The translations under genes were made by a program, and so were the position numbers. This document shows, in pieces, positions 12,574 through 26,128 of a DNA stretch of 64,000 nucleotides. Numbering within the stretch: position 1 is the stretch's first letter; every line of letters begins with the position of its first letter. The stretch covers positions 3,596,001 to 3,660,000 of the forward strand of contig NC_043018.1 in assembly GCF_006345805.1 (NCBI RefSeq), in the 5' to 3' direction. A model generated the notes under the pieces. The model ran no database searches. It had not been told where the DNA came from and saw only the letters and a list, made by a program, of their open reading frames with translations. The DNA comes from Octopus sinensis (taxonomy: Eukaryota).

Positions 12574-13344
12574 GTGAGCTGGCAGAATTGTTAGCATACC
12601 ATGCAAAGTGCTTAGCAGCATTTCTTTATAATCTGAACTCAAATCCTGTCAAGGTGGACTTTGCCATTCATCCTTTCAGAAACAGTAAATAACCAGATTC
12701 ATTAGCACAGGGGATAAAATGCATCTTGGCATTTGTGCCGAACCTCTATGTTCTGAGTTCACATCCTGCTCAGATTATCGTTGCCCTCCATCCTTTTGAG
12801 GTCAATAAAAAAGCACCAATACAAGGCAGTCGATGAGCAGAACTGTTGGAGGGTCTGGCAAGATGCCTTCTTGTATCTGCTCCGGCTGCTGTCATCTGAT
12901 AGCAACATCTACGATGTCACAGGTGCCATGTGGTATCAACCCAAGTTATCAACCTTTCCTTTGCAATGGAGGGAGGTGACGTGTAAGCATGCACAGCTGT
13001 CGGTTTGCTGAAAAAAAAAAAGATATCTTGCTCGTATAGGTGCAAGAGTGATTGTGTGGTAAGTAGCTTGCTTACCAACCACATGGTTCCAAGTTCAGTC
13101 CCACTGCATGGCATCTTCGGACAACCAAAGCCGTGTGAATGGATTTGGTTGACGGAAACTGAAAGACGCCTGTCGTGTGTTTGTGTGTGTTTGTCCCCCC
13201 ACCATTGCTTGACAATTGATGCTGGTGGGTTTACATCCCTGTAAGCTAGCAGTTCAGCAAAAAAGACTGATAGAATAAGTACTAGGCTTACAAAGAATAA
13301 GTCCTGGGGTCGATTTGTTCGACTAAAGGCAGTGCTCCAGCATG

Positions 13345-13850
13345 ACTGACTCTTGCTGTCCCCCATCTCACAACAAATGATGAATGACTCTTCATGTCCC
13401 TTGACTCATAACTAACTGTCCCTTAGCTCACAACAAATGTCCCCCATCTCACAACAAATGGTGACTGACTCTTGTTGTCCCTCAACTCACAACAAATGAT
13501 GAATGACTCTCGCTATTCCTCAGCTTATCCTCAGTCAATGTTTGACTCCCACTATCCCTCAACTCTTAACTAATTGATTAGGGCTTTTTGATGTGTCCTT
13601 CAATGCATAACTAATTGATGGGTAACTCTCGCTATCCCTCAACTTACACCTGATGGTTGAGTGATTCCTGGTGTCCCTTGATTCATAACTGATTAATGAG
13701 TACCTCTTGCTGAACCTCAGTGCATACCTTACTGATGAGCAATTCTTGCTCTTCCTCAGCTCAAACCTAACTCCTAAGTGACTCTCGCTCAAGCTCAACT
13801 CTTACATAATTTATGAGTGACTCTCTCATTGACCCACTACCTCAAGCATA
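13345..13850. repeat. Degenerate ~35-bp minisatellite
   Basis: Recurring GACTCT(C/T)GCT(A/G)TCCCTCAACT(C/T)ACAAC(A/T)(A/G)AT units. Confidence 0.7.
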
Positions 13851-13922
13851 TTTGTTTCATTCTTTCTCGATTTTTCTGATAAAAACTTCAAATATGATCT
13901 TTTTGTTCATATCCCTCAACAG

Positions 13923-13983
13923 GTATACGGCAAGCAAAGCAGAAAGGGGCCAGCTACAGGGTAGGACCAGAACTAGAAATCAC
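13923..13983 (+). CDS. NADSYN1: NADSYN1 exon 2
   Basis: (S)IRQAKQKGASYRVGPELEI; CAG acceptor, GTAAGT donor; contains the catalytic Glu motif. Confidence 0.95.
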
Positions 13984-14108
13984 GTAAGTAATTCTGTTAC
14001 CATTTGAAATGCAAGACTCTTATTTCATCCATTATAGGTCATTGTGTTATTGCCCCGTTCATTTCTGTCTTGGTCAGAGGTGGGTGCCAAAACAAGGTGC
14101 GATTACAT

Positions 14109-14143
<35 letters not shown>

Positions 14144-14634
14144 CACACACACTCACACACATAATGAGGAAGTTGAAATTTTCCATCGCTGTCAGTCTAG
14201 ATCACCACACAACCACAAATAGTATCATGCATTTACATGCATTATTTGTACTGCATATCTTAGTAACAATGCCAAACTTTTGAGTGATTCTCTTCTTAAT
14301 TAGCTTAAAGCTTCAAGTTACCTGGCTACAACAGGTGAGAGAACTGAGAGCATCAGTTATAGTATGAAACATAAACACAAATCCATTTCACTTGAAATTA
14401 GAATGACTGCAAACAAATGACCATGATGCTTCACTACCTAAGCTGAATGGTATCAAAGGCATTGGTTCTTCTAGTGTTAAGCACTTGATATTATGAAGCA
14501 GGGGGAAGGTGGCGAGCTGGCAGAATCGTTAGCATGCCGGGCGGAATGCTTAGTTCTGAGTTCAAATTCTGCCAAGGTCAATTTTGCCTTTTATCCTTTT
14601 GGGGGTTGATAAATTAAATACCATTTACATATTG

Positions 14635-14880
14635 TGCCGGTGACACGTAAAAGCACCGTCCGTTCGTGGCCGTTTGCCAGCTCTGTCTGGCACCTGTGCA
14701 GGTGGCACGTAAAAAGCACCCACTACACTCACGGAGTGGTTGGCGTTAGGAAGGGCATCCAGCCGTAGAAACACTGCCAGATCTGACTGGGCCTGACGAA
14801 GCCTTCCAGCTTCACAGACCCCAGTTGAACCGTCCAACCCATGCTAGCATGGAAAGCGGACGCTAAATGATGATGATGAT
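14635..14880 (+). mobile_element. Family C retroposon 3' part with (ATG)n tail (RTE-type tail)
   Basis: AAAAAGCACCCACTACACTC...GTTAGGAAGGGCATCCAGCCGTAGAAA...CCAACCCATGCTAGCATGGAAAGCGGACGCTAAATGATGATG. Further copies at 23791-23925, 25680-25860(-), 27850-28041, 32043-32185, 33940-34090, 36392-36634(-), 53555-53720(-), 54420-54720(-) and 54895-55090(-). Confidence 0.75.
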
Positions 14881-15247
14881 ATTGGGTGTCAGTCTAATCA
14901 ACTGGTCCCCTCCCCCCAAATTTCAGGCTTTGTGTCTATAATAGAAAGGATTATGAAGCAGAGGAACAAAACAAGGGATGACTCTGCAAAAAAGTTAATC
15001 CGTCAAGGTTATTGGATGAAGCTCAACAGAAACTCATTTTGCACCAAAAGTCAATGTGAGAGTTTCTCTCGTGCTCCCTAATGCAGTATAATTTGTTCTA
15101 ACACAACATCCACTATTAAAGGGGGCGGGGGATTGATATTACCTCTTGATATTAATACTGCTTCTGTGGCTAATGTGTGTGTGTGTGTGTGTGTGTGCGT
15201 GCGCAGGCACACACACATACATTTATATCATTTTTCTGTTATTGCAG

Positions 15248-15364
15248 TGGCTATAGCTGTGCTGATCACTTCTTGGAGGAAGATACCTTCCAGCATTCTT
15301 TGGAAGTTCTGTCTGAGATAATGACCCACAGTGACTGTCAGAAAATAGTCTGTGATGTTGGAAT
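15248..15364 (+). CDS. NADSYN1: NADSYN1 exon 3
   Basis: (T)GYSCADHFLEEDTFQHSLEVLSEIMTHSDCQKIVCDVG; CAG/GTAAGT. Confidence 0.95.
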
Positions 15365-17685
15365 GTAAGTCCATTATTTATTTATCTCTTATCACTGATC
15401 ATTATATATTTTTGCTGTATTGTCACTTTTATCTTTCAGCTCCAGCTGATAAATTTAAATTTAATATAAAACATTAAAATACAGTTGTACACAATAGTAT
15501 TCAACATATTTGCATGCATGCACATGTGGGAAGTCCTCCACCATGTGAACTGTCTCTGATGTCTCCTTATAAACAATGCACACGGAACTGCGCTATGAAC
15601 AACATCATCACACGGTCGGTGACATGTTTCTGCATCATCACTCTTCACCAGCTACAGACGTCAAATCCGTCATTCCCTTGACATAATTATATCTAAACAG
15701 CAAATAAGGAATTTTCTGATGTGTGCAAAGCTTTGTGAAGGTGAACATGATTAATTAAATGCACAAAGAATGTAAGAACAGTAGTTTTAGGTGGGCTATA
15801 GGCGATAGATTAAATGTCCATAGCTGATAAAGCCTAAAAACTCAGAAATATATGTCCTAGAGTCTGATGAATTCCTTCAAAACCTAATGGCTTGTTTTTC
15901 ATGTATGTTGTCAGAAGAATTTCTCTCCTAACGCTATTTCTATGGCAATGGTCTTTCCATGCTCAACTGCACAAGAACATGTTAAACATAATTGTACACA
16001 CCTATATTTCAATCGTTTCTACTTAGTGTGCTTCTAATAAATTAATTTCAAGTCGACAGAACTTTGCACACATCAGCAGATATTTTATTTGCTATCTGAA
16101 TATAAAGAACAGCAGTTCTTAGTGAGCTCTAAATGGCAGGTTCGGTGTCCATAGCTGATAAAACATAACAACAAAGGAACACTTGTCCTTTACAATTCCA
16201 CAACATTCATAGCACCTTTGTTGTGTTTGGTTGCTGTTCACATACATTGCTTATTAGCAGAATTTCCCTCTCAAAACAGTTTCTGCAGCAAAGCCCCAAA
16301 ACCCCGCCCCACCCCCCACATTTGTGTGGATACAAACGTGTTAAACCTTTAGCATTCAGGTTGTTCCTGTTAAATGTAATGTTTGTTCATTCTCATTGTT
16401 TTGAATTAATCCTGGATAATCTTATAGCTTTGACAGTTGGATAATGGTGATGGTTTATTTTTAGAATGACATTGTAGGGTAGGTGTGAGGGGCCAGATTT
16501 AGCAGGTGGAATATTTTGGCTGGAATATGACTGGTTCAAATGCTAAAAGATTAAATATAATTCTGAACACCTTTAGCTTAGTCATCACTGCTTGGCATAC
16601 CTGCAACTAATTAAATCAATTAAAATCTTTGAGACCTGATCTGGCATTCAACAAAGAATGCATCTTGTCTTTTATGTTTTATTTTGTTTTTGTTGTGTTT
16701 TTTCACTTGTCTTCAGTTGTATGAATGCCTTTGGTGTAGGAAAATTGCCTTCATGAGAATTTTAAGTTGAATCATTGAAAAGAATTGAATCTGTTGTGAG
16801 GTTACAGTGTTTACTTCCTGACTGCTTGGTTCCAACTTCAGCCCCATTGTTGCCCCATGCCAGCCAAAGCTATGTGAGTGAATTTGGTAGATGGAAACTG
16901 AAAGAAGCCCTTTGTATATACATGTGTGTATTCATATTTATGTGTATGTGTGCATGTGTTTGTGTCTTCTTGTCATGACATTTTGTAATGGCTGTAAGTA
17001 AGCCTCACCATCATAGAAGCGGTGTTGTTCATTTTTAGTCTTCCATGAAAACACATAACTGCAGGCATGGCTGTGTGGTAAGAAGTTTGCTTCCCAACCA
17101 CATGATTCTAGGTTCAGTCCCACTTGCATGGCACCATGGACAAGTGGCTTATACTATAGCCTCAAACTAACCAAAATCTTGTGAGTGGATTTGGTAGACA
17201 GAAACTGAAAGAAGCCTGTCGTATATGTATGAGTGTGTGTGTGTTTGCCCCCCACCATTGCTTGACAACTGATGGTGGTGTGTTTACCTCCTTGTAACTT
17301 AGCAGTTCAGTAAAAAAGACCAATAGAATAAGTACCAGGCTTTAAGAAAGAATAAGTCCTGGGGTTGATTCATTCAACTAAAATATTCTCCAAAGCTGTG
17401 CCCCAGAATGGCCACAGTCTAATGACTGAAACAAGTAAAAGATGTCTGACCAAGGGGAAATATTACCTTGATTGCAAACAGGTAAGGGTTGATGACAGCA
17501 GGGGCATCCAGCCACAGAAAAATCTGCCACAAATTCCATCTGATCTATACAAGCAGGGGAAATGCAGACATTAAAATGATGATGATGATGATGATGATGA
17601 TATATTTTTGTATAATTTGATCCAATGTTTCGTATACATTTATATTTTCTATCACCATGACAACCTTGTTTGTATTTATTTGCAG

Positions 17686-17739
17686 ACCGATCCTGCACAA
17701 CAATATTGCATACAATTGCCGTGTGATATTTTATAACAA
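17686..17739 (+). CDS. NADSYN1: NADSYN1 exon 4
   Basis: (I)PILHNNIAYNCRVIFYN; CAG/GTAAGT. Confidence 0.95.
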
Positions 17740-18131
17740 GTAAGTAAACAAAACAAAAAAGCAAAAAAAAAAAAAAAAAAAACCATTGATAAGCTTTATC
17801 ATTATGTTACTCAGTAAATAACTCAGACTTGCCATTTGCATGAAGAAGCAACAGTTAAGTCATTATTATTACATTATGTCAATTGCTATGAAACTTAATT
17901 CAGAAAATATCCCTGCAGTAACGTAAATTGGTTCAATGACACTTTGAGATTAAGATTTGAACCCCAATTGCAAAACCCTTTTGTAATAAGACGGGAAAAC
18001 TCTGCAGACAAGAATGTTCCCCTGGGCCATGAAAATATTGATTTCACTTAATGGTTTCATCCACCCCTAACTCTGAAAGTTAAGTGATGAATATATATTC
18101 TTGTGATTTTCAGGAATTTTGGGAATGTGAG

Positions 18132-18531
18132 CACTAGTGTAGCTGGTGGGGAGGTAGGGGCAGTCCACCCCAGGTGGAACTTTTAAAGGGGTGCCACTTT
18201 TGGGTTTGCTGTAGGCATATATGTTTTTTGTGGCGAGCTGGCAGAATCATTAGCATGCCGGGCAAATTGCTTAGCAGTATTTCGTCTGCCGTTACATTCT
18301 GAGTTCAAATTCCACCAAGGTCAACTTTACCTTTCATTCGTTGGGGTTGATTAAATAAGTACCAGTTACGCACTGGGGTCAATGTAATCAACTTAATCCC
18401 TTAGTCTGCTTTTATTTGTCCCCTCTGTGTTAAGTTCCTCTCCTGAGGGCAATGAATAAATAAATTGTGGGGTCTGGGGGTGGAAAACAGAAGTACCGCC
18501 CCGGGTGACGTACACTCAAGCTACACTAGTG
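18132..18531. mobile_element. hAT-like MITE with a nested family-B SINE
   Basis: TIRs CACTAGTGTAGCT / AGCTACACTAGTG; flanks AATGTGAG and GATGTGAG match at 7 of 8 bases (8-bp TSD, typical of hAT); SINE at 18231-18463 inside. Confidence 0.6.
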
Positions 18532-19598
18532 GATGTGAGTCTGGGAGTAGGTCTGGCATCCATAGCAAGTCATTGGGTTTGGATAATGGTTAGTTTTATC
18601 CCCCTTGCCTTTTTCCAATTCAGCATGATCGAATCTGAACTGACTTCACCTTGAGCAATTGATGTTCTTTAGCCATCACATTTTCACTGTGGAGTGATCC
18701 TGTTTCTGTCGTCCAAACAGGGAACTGTAAATGCTTGCTGACTGAGCTTTAGCCATGGCACAACAGATGTTAACCTGCTTCAGTGGGGCCATGCACTGCA
18801 GACCAAATAATACCTCAAGAATATGAAACAGACCACCTTGAGCTCTACTGTCATTTTCATCCATCCCATGGAGATATATATGAGATGATCCATGAAACCA
18901 GTGAGGAATCCATTGAGTTAACTTTGGGAGAAACTCCTTATAAAACCAGTTAGAGTTAACATATTTAAAGCATGGAGTATTGAAAAGTTAACCACAAATA
19001 GTTATGTATTAAAAAAAGTAATTTTCATTTTTCCAGCAATTATGAAAGATCACACTAGACATGTTTCAGCCTTATTATAACCTCATCAGAATGTTGTATA
19101 TTTCACCATGATTTCCAAAGTAAGGATGGCTCCAATCATCAGAGCTTTTGGGGACTTTTATTTTGCTGCTATTTCCAGCAGGAAGAGTGACTGCATTTAA
19201 GGTCTTTCGGTGGTTCAGGATTGTGCTGTGTTCCACTCTGATTTGTTCCATTAAGATCAGCAAGCCCAGTAGTCTGTGTTCAAGGTTCCATGATAAGTCC
19301 TCAGCGTATCAGGTGAGAAGGCAAATTATTGATCACCTGAAGAGGATTAGAGATGACCAATTGATTGTGTCAGTCTCCACAATAATGAGCTTTTCTTATT
19401 TTAATTCATTCAATGTTGAAGTATTTGAGTGTGTGTGTGTAGTTGAGTGTGTGTGTGTGTCTGTGTGTGTGTGTAGTTGAGTGTGTGTGTGTATGTGTAG
19501 TTGAGTGTGTATGTGTGTATAGTTGAGTGTGTGTGTGTGTGTGTGTTCATGTGTTTTCGATGTCTACTGAATTCTTTGCTTTCTCTTTTGCGATGCAG

Positions 19599-19740
19599 GC
19601 GAATACTTTTAATACGTCCCAAGCAGAATATGTGCAATGATGGGAACTACCGAGAGATGCGATGGTTCACAGGTTGGTCAAAGGTTAGACAATGTGAAGA
19701 CCATATCCTACCGAAATTCATTCAGGAAATCTGTGGCCAG
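19599..19740 (+). CDS. NADSYN1: NADSYN1 exon 5
   Basis: (K)RILLIRPKQNMCNDGNYREMRWFTGWSKVRQCEDHILPKFIQEICGQ; catalytic Lys (RPK); CAG/GTAAGA. Confidence 0.95.
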
Positions 19741-19879
19741 GTAAGAGAGGATGTTTTGTATGTTATGTAATCAGTGATCCATCCATCTCTGATCTCCCCA
19801 CTACCTAATCATCATCATCTGATTGAGCATGCTTAGACATTTTTAACCTGCATACACCATTCATCTCGGTCCTGCATTA

Positions 19880-20290
19880 GTTGAGGGAGGTCTTCAGGGG
19901 AGCATCCAGTGTCTCTGATGAGTCAAACTACATACATTGTGTTCAGATGACCTGCTTGGATACAGCCATACTTTGACATCAATAAAAGTAGGTCAGTTCT
20001 TGTCCAGCTCAATACCAATGTCCTGCAAAGTGCAAGTGCTTTCCCCTTATAATGGTGGAAACAGGCAGAAGATCTCCGTGCAACTGTTTCTTGGTGAGAT
20101 GAGTTCTCCGTGATATGTTTAAGACTGCTTTTAACATTTGGGTGTCAGTTCCATGTAGCTTGGATTCCAGGTTTTGGCAAGCGCCCAGGCTGTTGCTCTC
20201 TATAAAAGGACTTATCCTACTTATAAAACTCGCAAATTATAACCCCGTCTCTAATTTCACCATCTTAGATAAGACTATGTTAGAGGGAAT
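19880..20290 (-). mobile_element. Decayed RTE-clade LINE C-terminal fragment
   Basis: Minus-strand translation LESKLHGTDTQMLKAVLNISRRTHLTKKQLHGDLLPVSTII...LAGH resembles the RTE post-RT region. Confidence 0.55.
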
Positions 20291-20499
20291 ATTTTGCTCC
20301 AGCATGTGCACACCTTCTCTTCTCCATCCATCTACATGCACACCATCAGATATCAACCTGTCATTCATATATCTGTCCTCGTCATTCTACCTGTGCATAG
20401 CCCACCCCCCTCCACTCTCACTTCAGTCAGTGTCAGCTTTATCATTCGTATCATCTAGTGATTCTGTCATCTCACTACCTTCATAATAATAATAATAAC

Positions 20500-20875
20500 A
20501 ACAAGAGCACTCAGAGAGCGCAAAACTCTGCCAAGGTAACACTGACGTCCTCTCAATGTTTACCCAGAGGCGATTTTTAAAATGAGAATATATGAAATAA
20601 ACTTGACTTCTTTCACAAATGAGGATACTAAAAATGAACCTGACCACTCTCAAAAATTAAGTAAAAAACACAGGAAAAAGAATCTAGAATCCTTGTCCGG
20701 TACCAGATTGATCCCAAAATTTAATCAGTTTGTGCTAGTCCTGAGTCCAAACATCTCTGAAATTTTCATCCGAATCCATCCAGCGGTTCATGAGATATCT
20801 TTTCCATGGACAAACAAACAAATAAACATACACAACTGAAAACAATATCTCCACCTTCGCTAAGGCAGAGGTAAT
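20500..20875 (+). mobile_element. Non-autonomous Helentron/DINE-like element in an (AAT)n tract
   Basis: Begins ACAAGAGCACTCAGAGAGCGCAAAACTCTGCCAAGG and ends CCTTCGCTAAGGCAGAGGTAAT: subterminal inverted repeat CTCTGCC/GGCAGAG plus a 3' hairpin. Confidence 0.55.
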
Positions 20876-21809
20876 AATAATAATAATGATAATAATAATA
20901 ATGATAATGATAATAATAATAATGGTTTCAGATTTTGGCACAATGCCAAGAATTTCAAGGATTACATCAACTGGTACTTTATTTTGTTGATCTCGAAAGG
21001 TTGAATGGCAAAGTCAACCTCAGCAGAATTTGAACCTAGAATGTGAAGACAGACGAAATACCTAGTTCTTTACTACCCACAAGGGGCTAAACACAGAGAG
21101 GACAAAGGACAGACAAACGAATTAAGTCGATTATATCGACCCCAGTGCGTAACTGGTACTTATTTAATCGACCCCGAAAGGATGAAAGGCAAAGTCGACC
21201 TCGGCGGAATTTGAACTCAGAACGTAGCAGCAGACGAAATACTGCTAAGCATTTCGCCCAGCGTGCTAACGTTTCTGCCAGCTCGCCGCCTTTGCGACGA
21301 AATACCACTAGGCATTTTGCTCAGTGTGCTAACGATTCAGCCAATTTGCCACCTTAATGACGATAATAATTAATAATCCTTTCTACTGGAGGCACAAGGC
21401 CTGAACTTTTGGTGGGAGGGGACAAGTTGATTACATTGACCCCAGTGTTTCACTGGTACTTAATTCATCGACCCCAAAAGGATGCAAGGCAAAGTCAACC
21501 TCGGCAGAATTTGAACTTAGAACACGAAGACATAAAATGCCACTAAGCACTTTGCCTGGCACGCTAACGATTCTGCCACTAATTATGTTTCCTATTCATT
21601 AACCCAATATTCTGTTAGGCATTGAGAACTTTCGTATGTTTTCCACTTGGTCACTAATTTGTTTGTTCGTTATCATCTGCCTACTGCCACAACCACCAAC
21701 ACCATCATTGCCATTACCACCACCACCACTACCATCACCACCACCACACTTGTAAATCTTGGTGTAAACAATGATTTAATTATGTTGCTGTGTATTTTAT
21801 GTTTCCTAG

Positions 21810-21898
21810 AAAACCGTGCCGTTTGGTGATTGTGTTCTCAAGTTTGAAGATATTACCATCGGATTTGAAACCTGTGAAGAACTTTTCGGGCCACAGAG
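21810..21898 (+). CDS. NADSYN1: NADSYN1 exon 6
   Basis: KTVPFGDCVLKFEDITIGFETCEELFGPQ; catalytic Cys (TCEE); TAG/GTAAAT. Confidence 0.95.
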
Positions 21899-21922
21899 GT
21901 AAATATGTACATGCACACATGC

Positions 21923-21962
<40 letters not shown>

Positions 21963-22101
21963 CAGATGTTAAATGATGCTGCTGATGATGATGTGTGATT
22001 TGAGGTAGATTTGATTGCTTGTTTCTAGCAGACTGACCAAAGTCTAAATAGGCTTCCTCATTGTCTCTTTGTTGTTGATGTGTTGTCTTCTGTCTCTTCA
22101 G

Positions 22102-22219
22102 CCCATTCAACTCCTTGTGTCAGGACAGTGTTGATGTTATCATGAACAGCAGTGGCAGCCACCATGAACTACGCAAGGCCAATATCAGAGTACAATACAT
22201 ACAGTCGGCAACAAGAAAG
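22102..22219 (+). CDS. NADSYN1: NADSYN1 exon 7
   Basis: (S)PFNSLCQDSVDVIMNSSGSHHELRKANIRVQYIQSATRK; CAG/GTTTGT. Confidence 0.95.
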
Positions 22220-23030
22220 GTTTGTTTTTGCTGTTGTTGTTTCTGCTGCTGTTGTTGTTGCAGTTGCCCATCCATGCCAATCTCCTCTGTCCATATGCCA
22301 CCATTGTCATCCAAGGGAAAGGCAAAGGGGCTGATACAGCATGGCACCAGTGATGTTGCAACTCATTTCTACAGCTGAGTGAACTGAAGAAATGTGGATT
22401 AAAGTGTCTTGCTGAAGAACACAACACACAGCCCAGTCCAGGAATCGAACTCACTACCTCACGACTACAAGCCCAACACTCTAACCACTGAGCTATGCAC
22501 CTTCACAAAATTATCACCTGTGTGCCAAAATTATTATTGATGTTCTTGCTAATGTGGGATTCCTCATTTGGCTCAAGTTGCCTGACCCCTTATTGGAACA
22601 CCTTATTTTATCCCTTTTGTGTATCATTTTCCTTTGTCCCTTTATTTAAAAAAAAATTTGTTTTGTTATCCTTTATAAATATCATCCCAAACCATTTTGG
22701 GTATTAGTCTTTGTTATGTCATCTCATTCATTACCCTTGTGGCAAATAACAAAACAACTGTTATAGTTGTTGTTATTATTCTGCTGTCATCCCTGATTCA
22801 GCAGTTCTATGATCAAAGGCACTCCAACCATGACCAGCTTATCCTTTTTTCTCCTGCATAACACATCTATTTATTTGTCTCTCTTCATATAATGCTAAAT
22901 TTGAGGGTGATATAGTTTCTATTTCTAAATGTTGGCTTCACCAGAGAGCAGCATTTGATTTCATTTACTTTCAGAGTTTATTATACATTGTAGGGGTACT
23001 ATATAAATGCACTGTGACTTCCTTTTTCAG

Positions 23031-23162
23031 GGTGGTGGTGTGTATATCTACTCAAATTTTCTTGGCTGTGACGGTGACCGACTCTACTTTGATGGGTGTT
23101 CGTCAGTTACGATGAACGGTAAGACCCTTGTCCAGGGTCCACAGTTTTCTGTCAAAGATGTT
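23031..23162 (+). CDS. NADSYN1: NADSYN1 exon 8
   Basis: [44 protein letters not shown]; CAG/GTAAGT. Confidence 0.95.
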
Positions 23163-23745
23163 GTAAGTTCTTATTTATATTTTTATTCTCTCTCTTTCTC
23201 TTATTTAATTTTTTTTGTTTTTTATCTTTGTTTCAGTCACCGCATTTGAAGAATTGTAGCCAAACGAATCACCCACAGTATTTATTCTATGAGTTTCTTT
23301 TGCTGGTGTACAAAGTCACAGGGACATAAACACATCAGCACCAGTTGGCAAGCAGTGATGGGGGTTTGGGGGACGAAGACAGACACACAGACATGCACAC
23401 ATGGATATCATCCATCATTATCATTATCCAGTGTTTTAAATCCAGGTTTTGTTCCCATTAACGGAGGTGGCCAGATCTACCTGAATGCCATAGCAATTGA
23501 GGCAGGCAGGTGCAGCCCACCTCCAACCTTTGGGTTGGCTGCTGCCCATCCTCCCTTTCTACCATGAGGCTTTTTTGGAGCAGGATTTTCTATGGAAAGC
23601 ATGCCCTTGCTTACCCCCCACCTCAGTTTCTAGACATAAGTGGTCCCAAGACCAAAGCCTCTACCACAATTTTTAAGAATTGTGGTGGAAAGCTAGCTCA
23701 GGAAGGCAGGGACGCTACTCCCTGAGACCCCTTTCAGAGTCCCCC

Positions 23746-23792
<47 letters not shown>

Positions 23793-24019
23793 AGCCGTAG
23801 AAACACTGCCAGATCTGACTGGGCCTGATGAAGCCTTCCAGCTTCACAGACCCCAGTTGAACCGTCCAACCCATGCTAGCATGGAAAACGGACGCTAAAT
23901 GATGATGATGATGATGATGATGATATATATATATACGATAATATATCATATGGTATACACTTGGCATTTACCGGTAAAGCACGTTCACTTTTACAGTGTT
24001 CGTTGTATATTTGGTTAAT

Positions 24020-24142
24020 AAGAGAGACAGAAGATGGAAGATACGAGAATGTTTATTAACCACTACAATTGTTTCACCCATTTAGTATTGATCCCTCATG
24101 GGTAGGCTACTTAACAACTGGCTTGGGAGTATCCATCAGTGT
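24020..24142 (-). mobile_element. Penelope-like terminal remnant with a degenerate hammerhead motif
   Basis: Minus strand: CTGATGG (24133-39) ...GAAAC-AATT-GTA (24064-75), then GTGGTTAATAAAC; palindromic stem III ACAATTGT. Confidence 0.45.
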
Positions 24143-26128
24143 AGATGTGCCTCTTCAGGTGATTAGAAAATGTATCTCATTAAAGTAACAACTTTTCTGC
24201 AAGATATCTTCTTGGTTTGTGTATGGAAGAGCAGCAGATTAAGGGATATAGGTTCATTTTTAGAGTAGATCAATAATAAATAACAAATGCTAAAAGAAAT
24301 GAATATACAATACAGTGAAAACAGTATTGAATATAACTGTTAAAAGATATGGATGTATAAATACTGTTGCTTAGGTTGTATGGCACATGTACATTCGCTC
24401 GTACAAACATCCACAAAGATATAAGCATGCACACACATGCGGTTTGGTGCACATGCATTCACACAGCAGATTAAATAGCTACTTAGTGATTATAAGAATG
24501 GGGAGGCTAAGGGTGAAATTAATTCATCCATACCTTAATGTAAGTTATGATTATTAATTTGGTTAATGGTTACTCAGGTTCATTCTCACTGCATTGTGCG
24601 AAAGTGCATTTATGTGCATGTAAGCATCTTGAGAATCTTTCAGAAATTCTGTTAAGGATCTTCTCATTGGTCCACAGAATAGACAGGGATTCCTCAGAGA
24701 AGAGTCTGCATCTGTTGGAAAGGATATTGATTTTTTTATTGCCCACAGGGGGCTAAACATAGAGGGGACAAACAAGGACAGACAAAGGAAGTAAGTCAAT
24801 TACATCGACCGCAGTGCATAACTGGTACTTATTTAATCGACACGAAGAGGATGAAAGGCAAAGTCGACCTCGGCAGAATTTGAACTCAGAACATAACAGC
24901 AGATGAAATACCATTAAGCATCTTGCCTGATGTGCTAACAACTCTGCCAGCTTGCCGCCATATCCTGGAAAGGATATGATTGTGCCTGCTTTATTATGGA
25001 CCAAGTTAGATCATATTCAATTTTATTTTCCTTCAGTTGCCACACAAAATTACCCTTATCACAGTGTCTCTACAATACAGTACCCCCTCTAATATCATAT
25101 CGCAGTGTGTCTTCTGCCTGTTATCAAATTAGGGGTGTCTTTAGAGCTTCAGACTGTATGCATTGCCATATTTGTTTCGACTCTCTGCACTGTAAGTTCA
25201 AATCCCTCCGACGTCACTTTACTCTTTATCCTTTTGGGTTCAATAAAAAAAAGAAGATCCAAAAAATGTGGATTAGTGGAACTGTAATACGATCAAACCA
25301 AATACCTTGTGGTATTTGTTATGGATCTTCACATCCTGAGTTCAAATTCCACCATGATCTACTTCAGTGGTAGACTAAATTCATCACCCAGTATAACACC
25401 ACCCCATGGCATGTTGGGTGCATCATTATCATCATCATCATCATCATCATCATCAATATTTAACCTATTAAGTCCCACTGTCCTATAAATAGGACACTAA
25501 ATGAGAACATTAAATAAGTTATATCACATTGTCTCAGTGTCCTATTTATAAGACATCGAGTATTTCCATTTCTACTTGAAGTAAAGGAGTTTTAATAATT
25601 AATATTTTTCATTTTAACTTATTTTTAATCATCTGTAAAAATCTAAAAGTAATATTCAGAAATTTAAGCACTCTGGGACTTAATGAGTCCATTTTCCATG
25701 CTGGCATGGGTTGGACGTCTTCACAGGAACTGGCAAGGCCAGGAGCTGCACCAGTCCCATAGACTGTTTTGGTTTGATCTCTACAGTTGGATGCCCTTCC
25801 TAATGCCAACCACTTTACAGAGGGTAACAAGTGTTTGTTTTTTATGTGACACCATCATGGAGGATGTATGACATATCAAAAATTCCCATGAGTCTCTATT
25901 GTGAGTTTCCTTGTTTGTTTGTTTCTTGATCCAAATTGGAGACGAATACCAATTTTTGTATGTTATTGGCTTGAAGAATTTTTGAGATATTTTCTTAACA
26001 TGAAACTAATGGTTGCCTTAATACACAAATAAAAGATCTTTATCCACCAATACGGTTTTGAGCACTCATTCTCACTGTTCAATATTTACACACACACGCA
26101 TAATCATTTAAAGGCTATATAGGATGGC

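Noticed and set aside
13735-15880. Other isolated CTGATGA heptamers (e.g. ~13733, ~15865)
   Set aside because: No correctly placed GAAAC...GUH with pairing stems; expected by chance.
18600-20290. A single LINE spanning exon 5
   Set aside because: On minus, the C-terminal RTE fragment lies 5' of the weak RT-like fragment, so the order fits separate decayed insertions; the 18600-19400 piece is too degraded to call.
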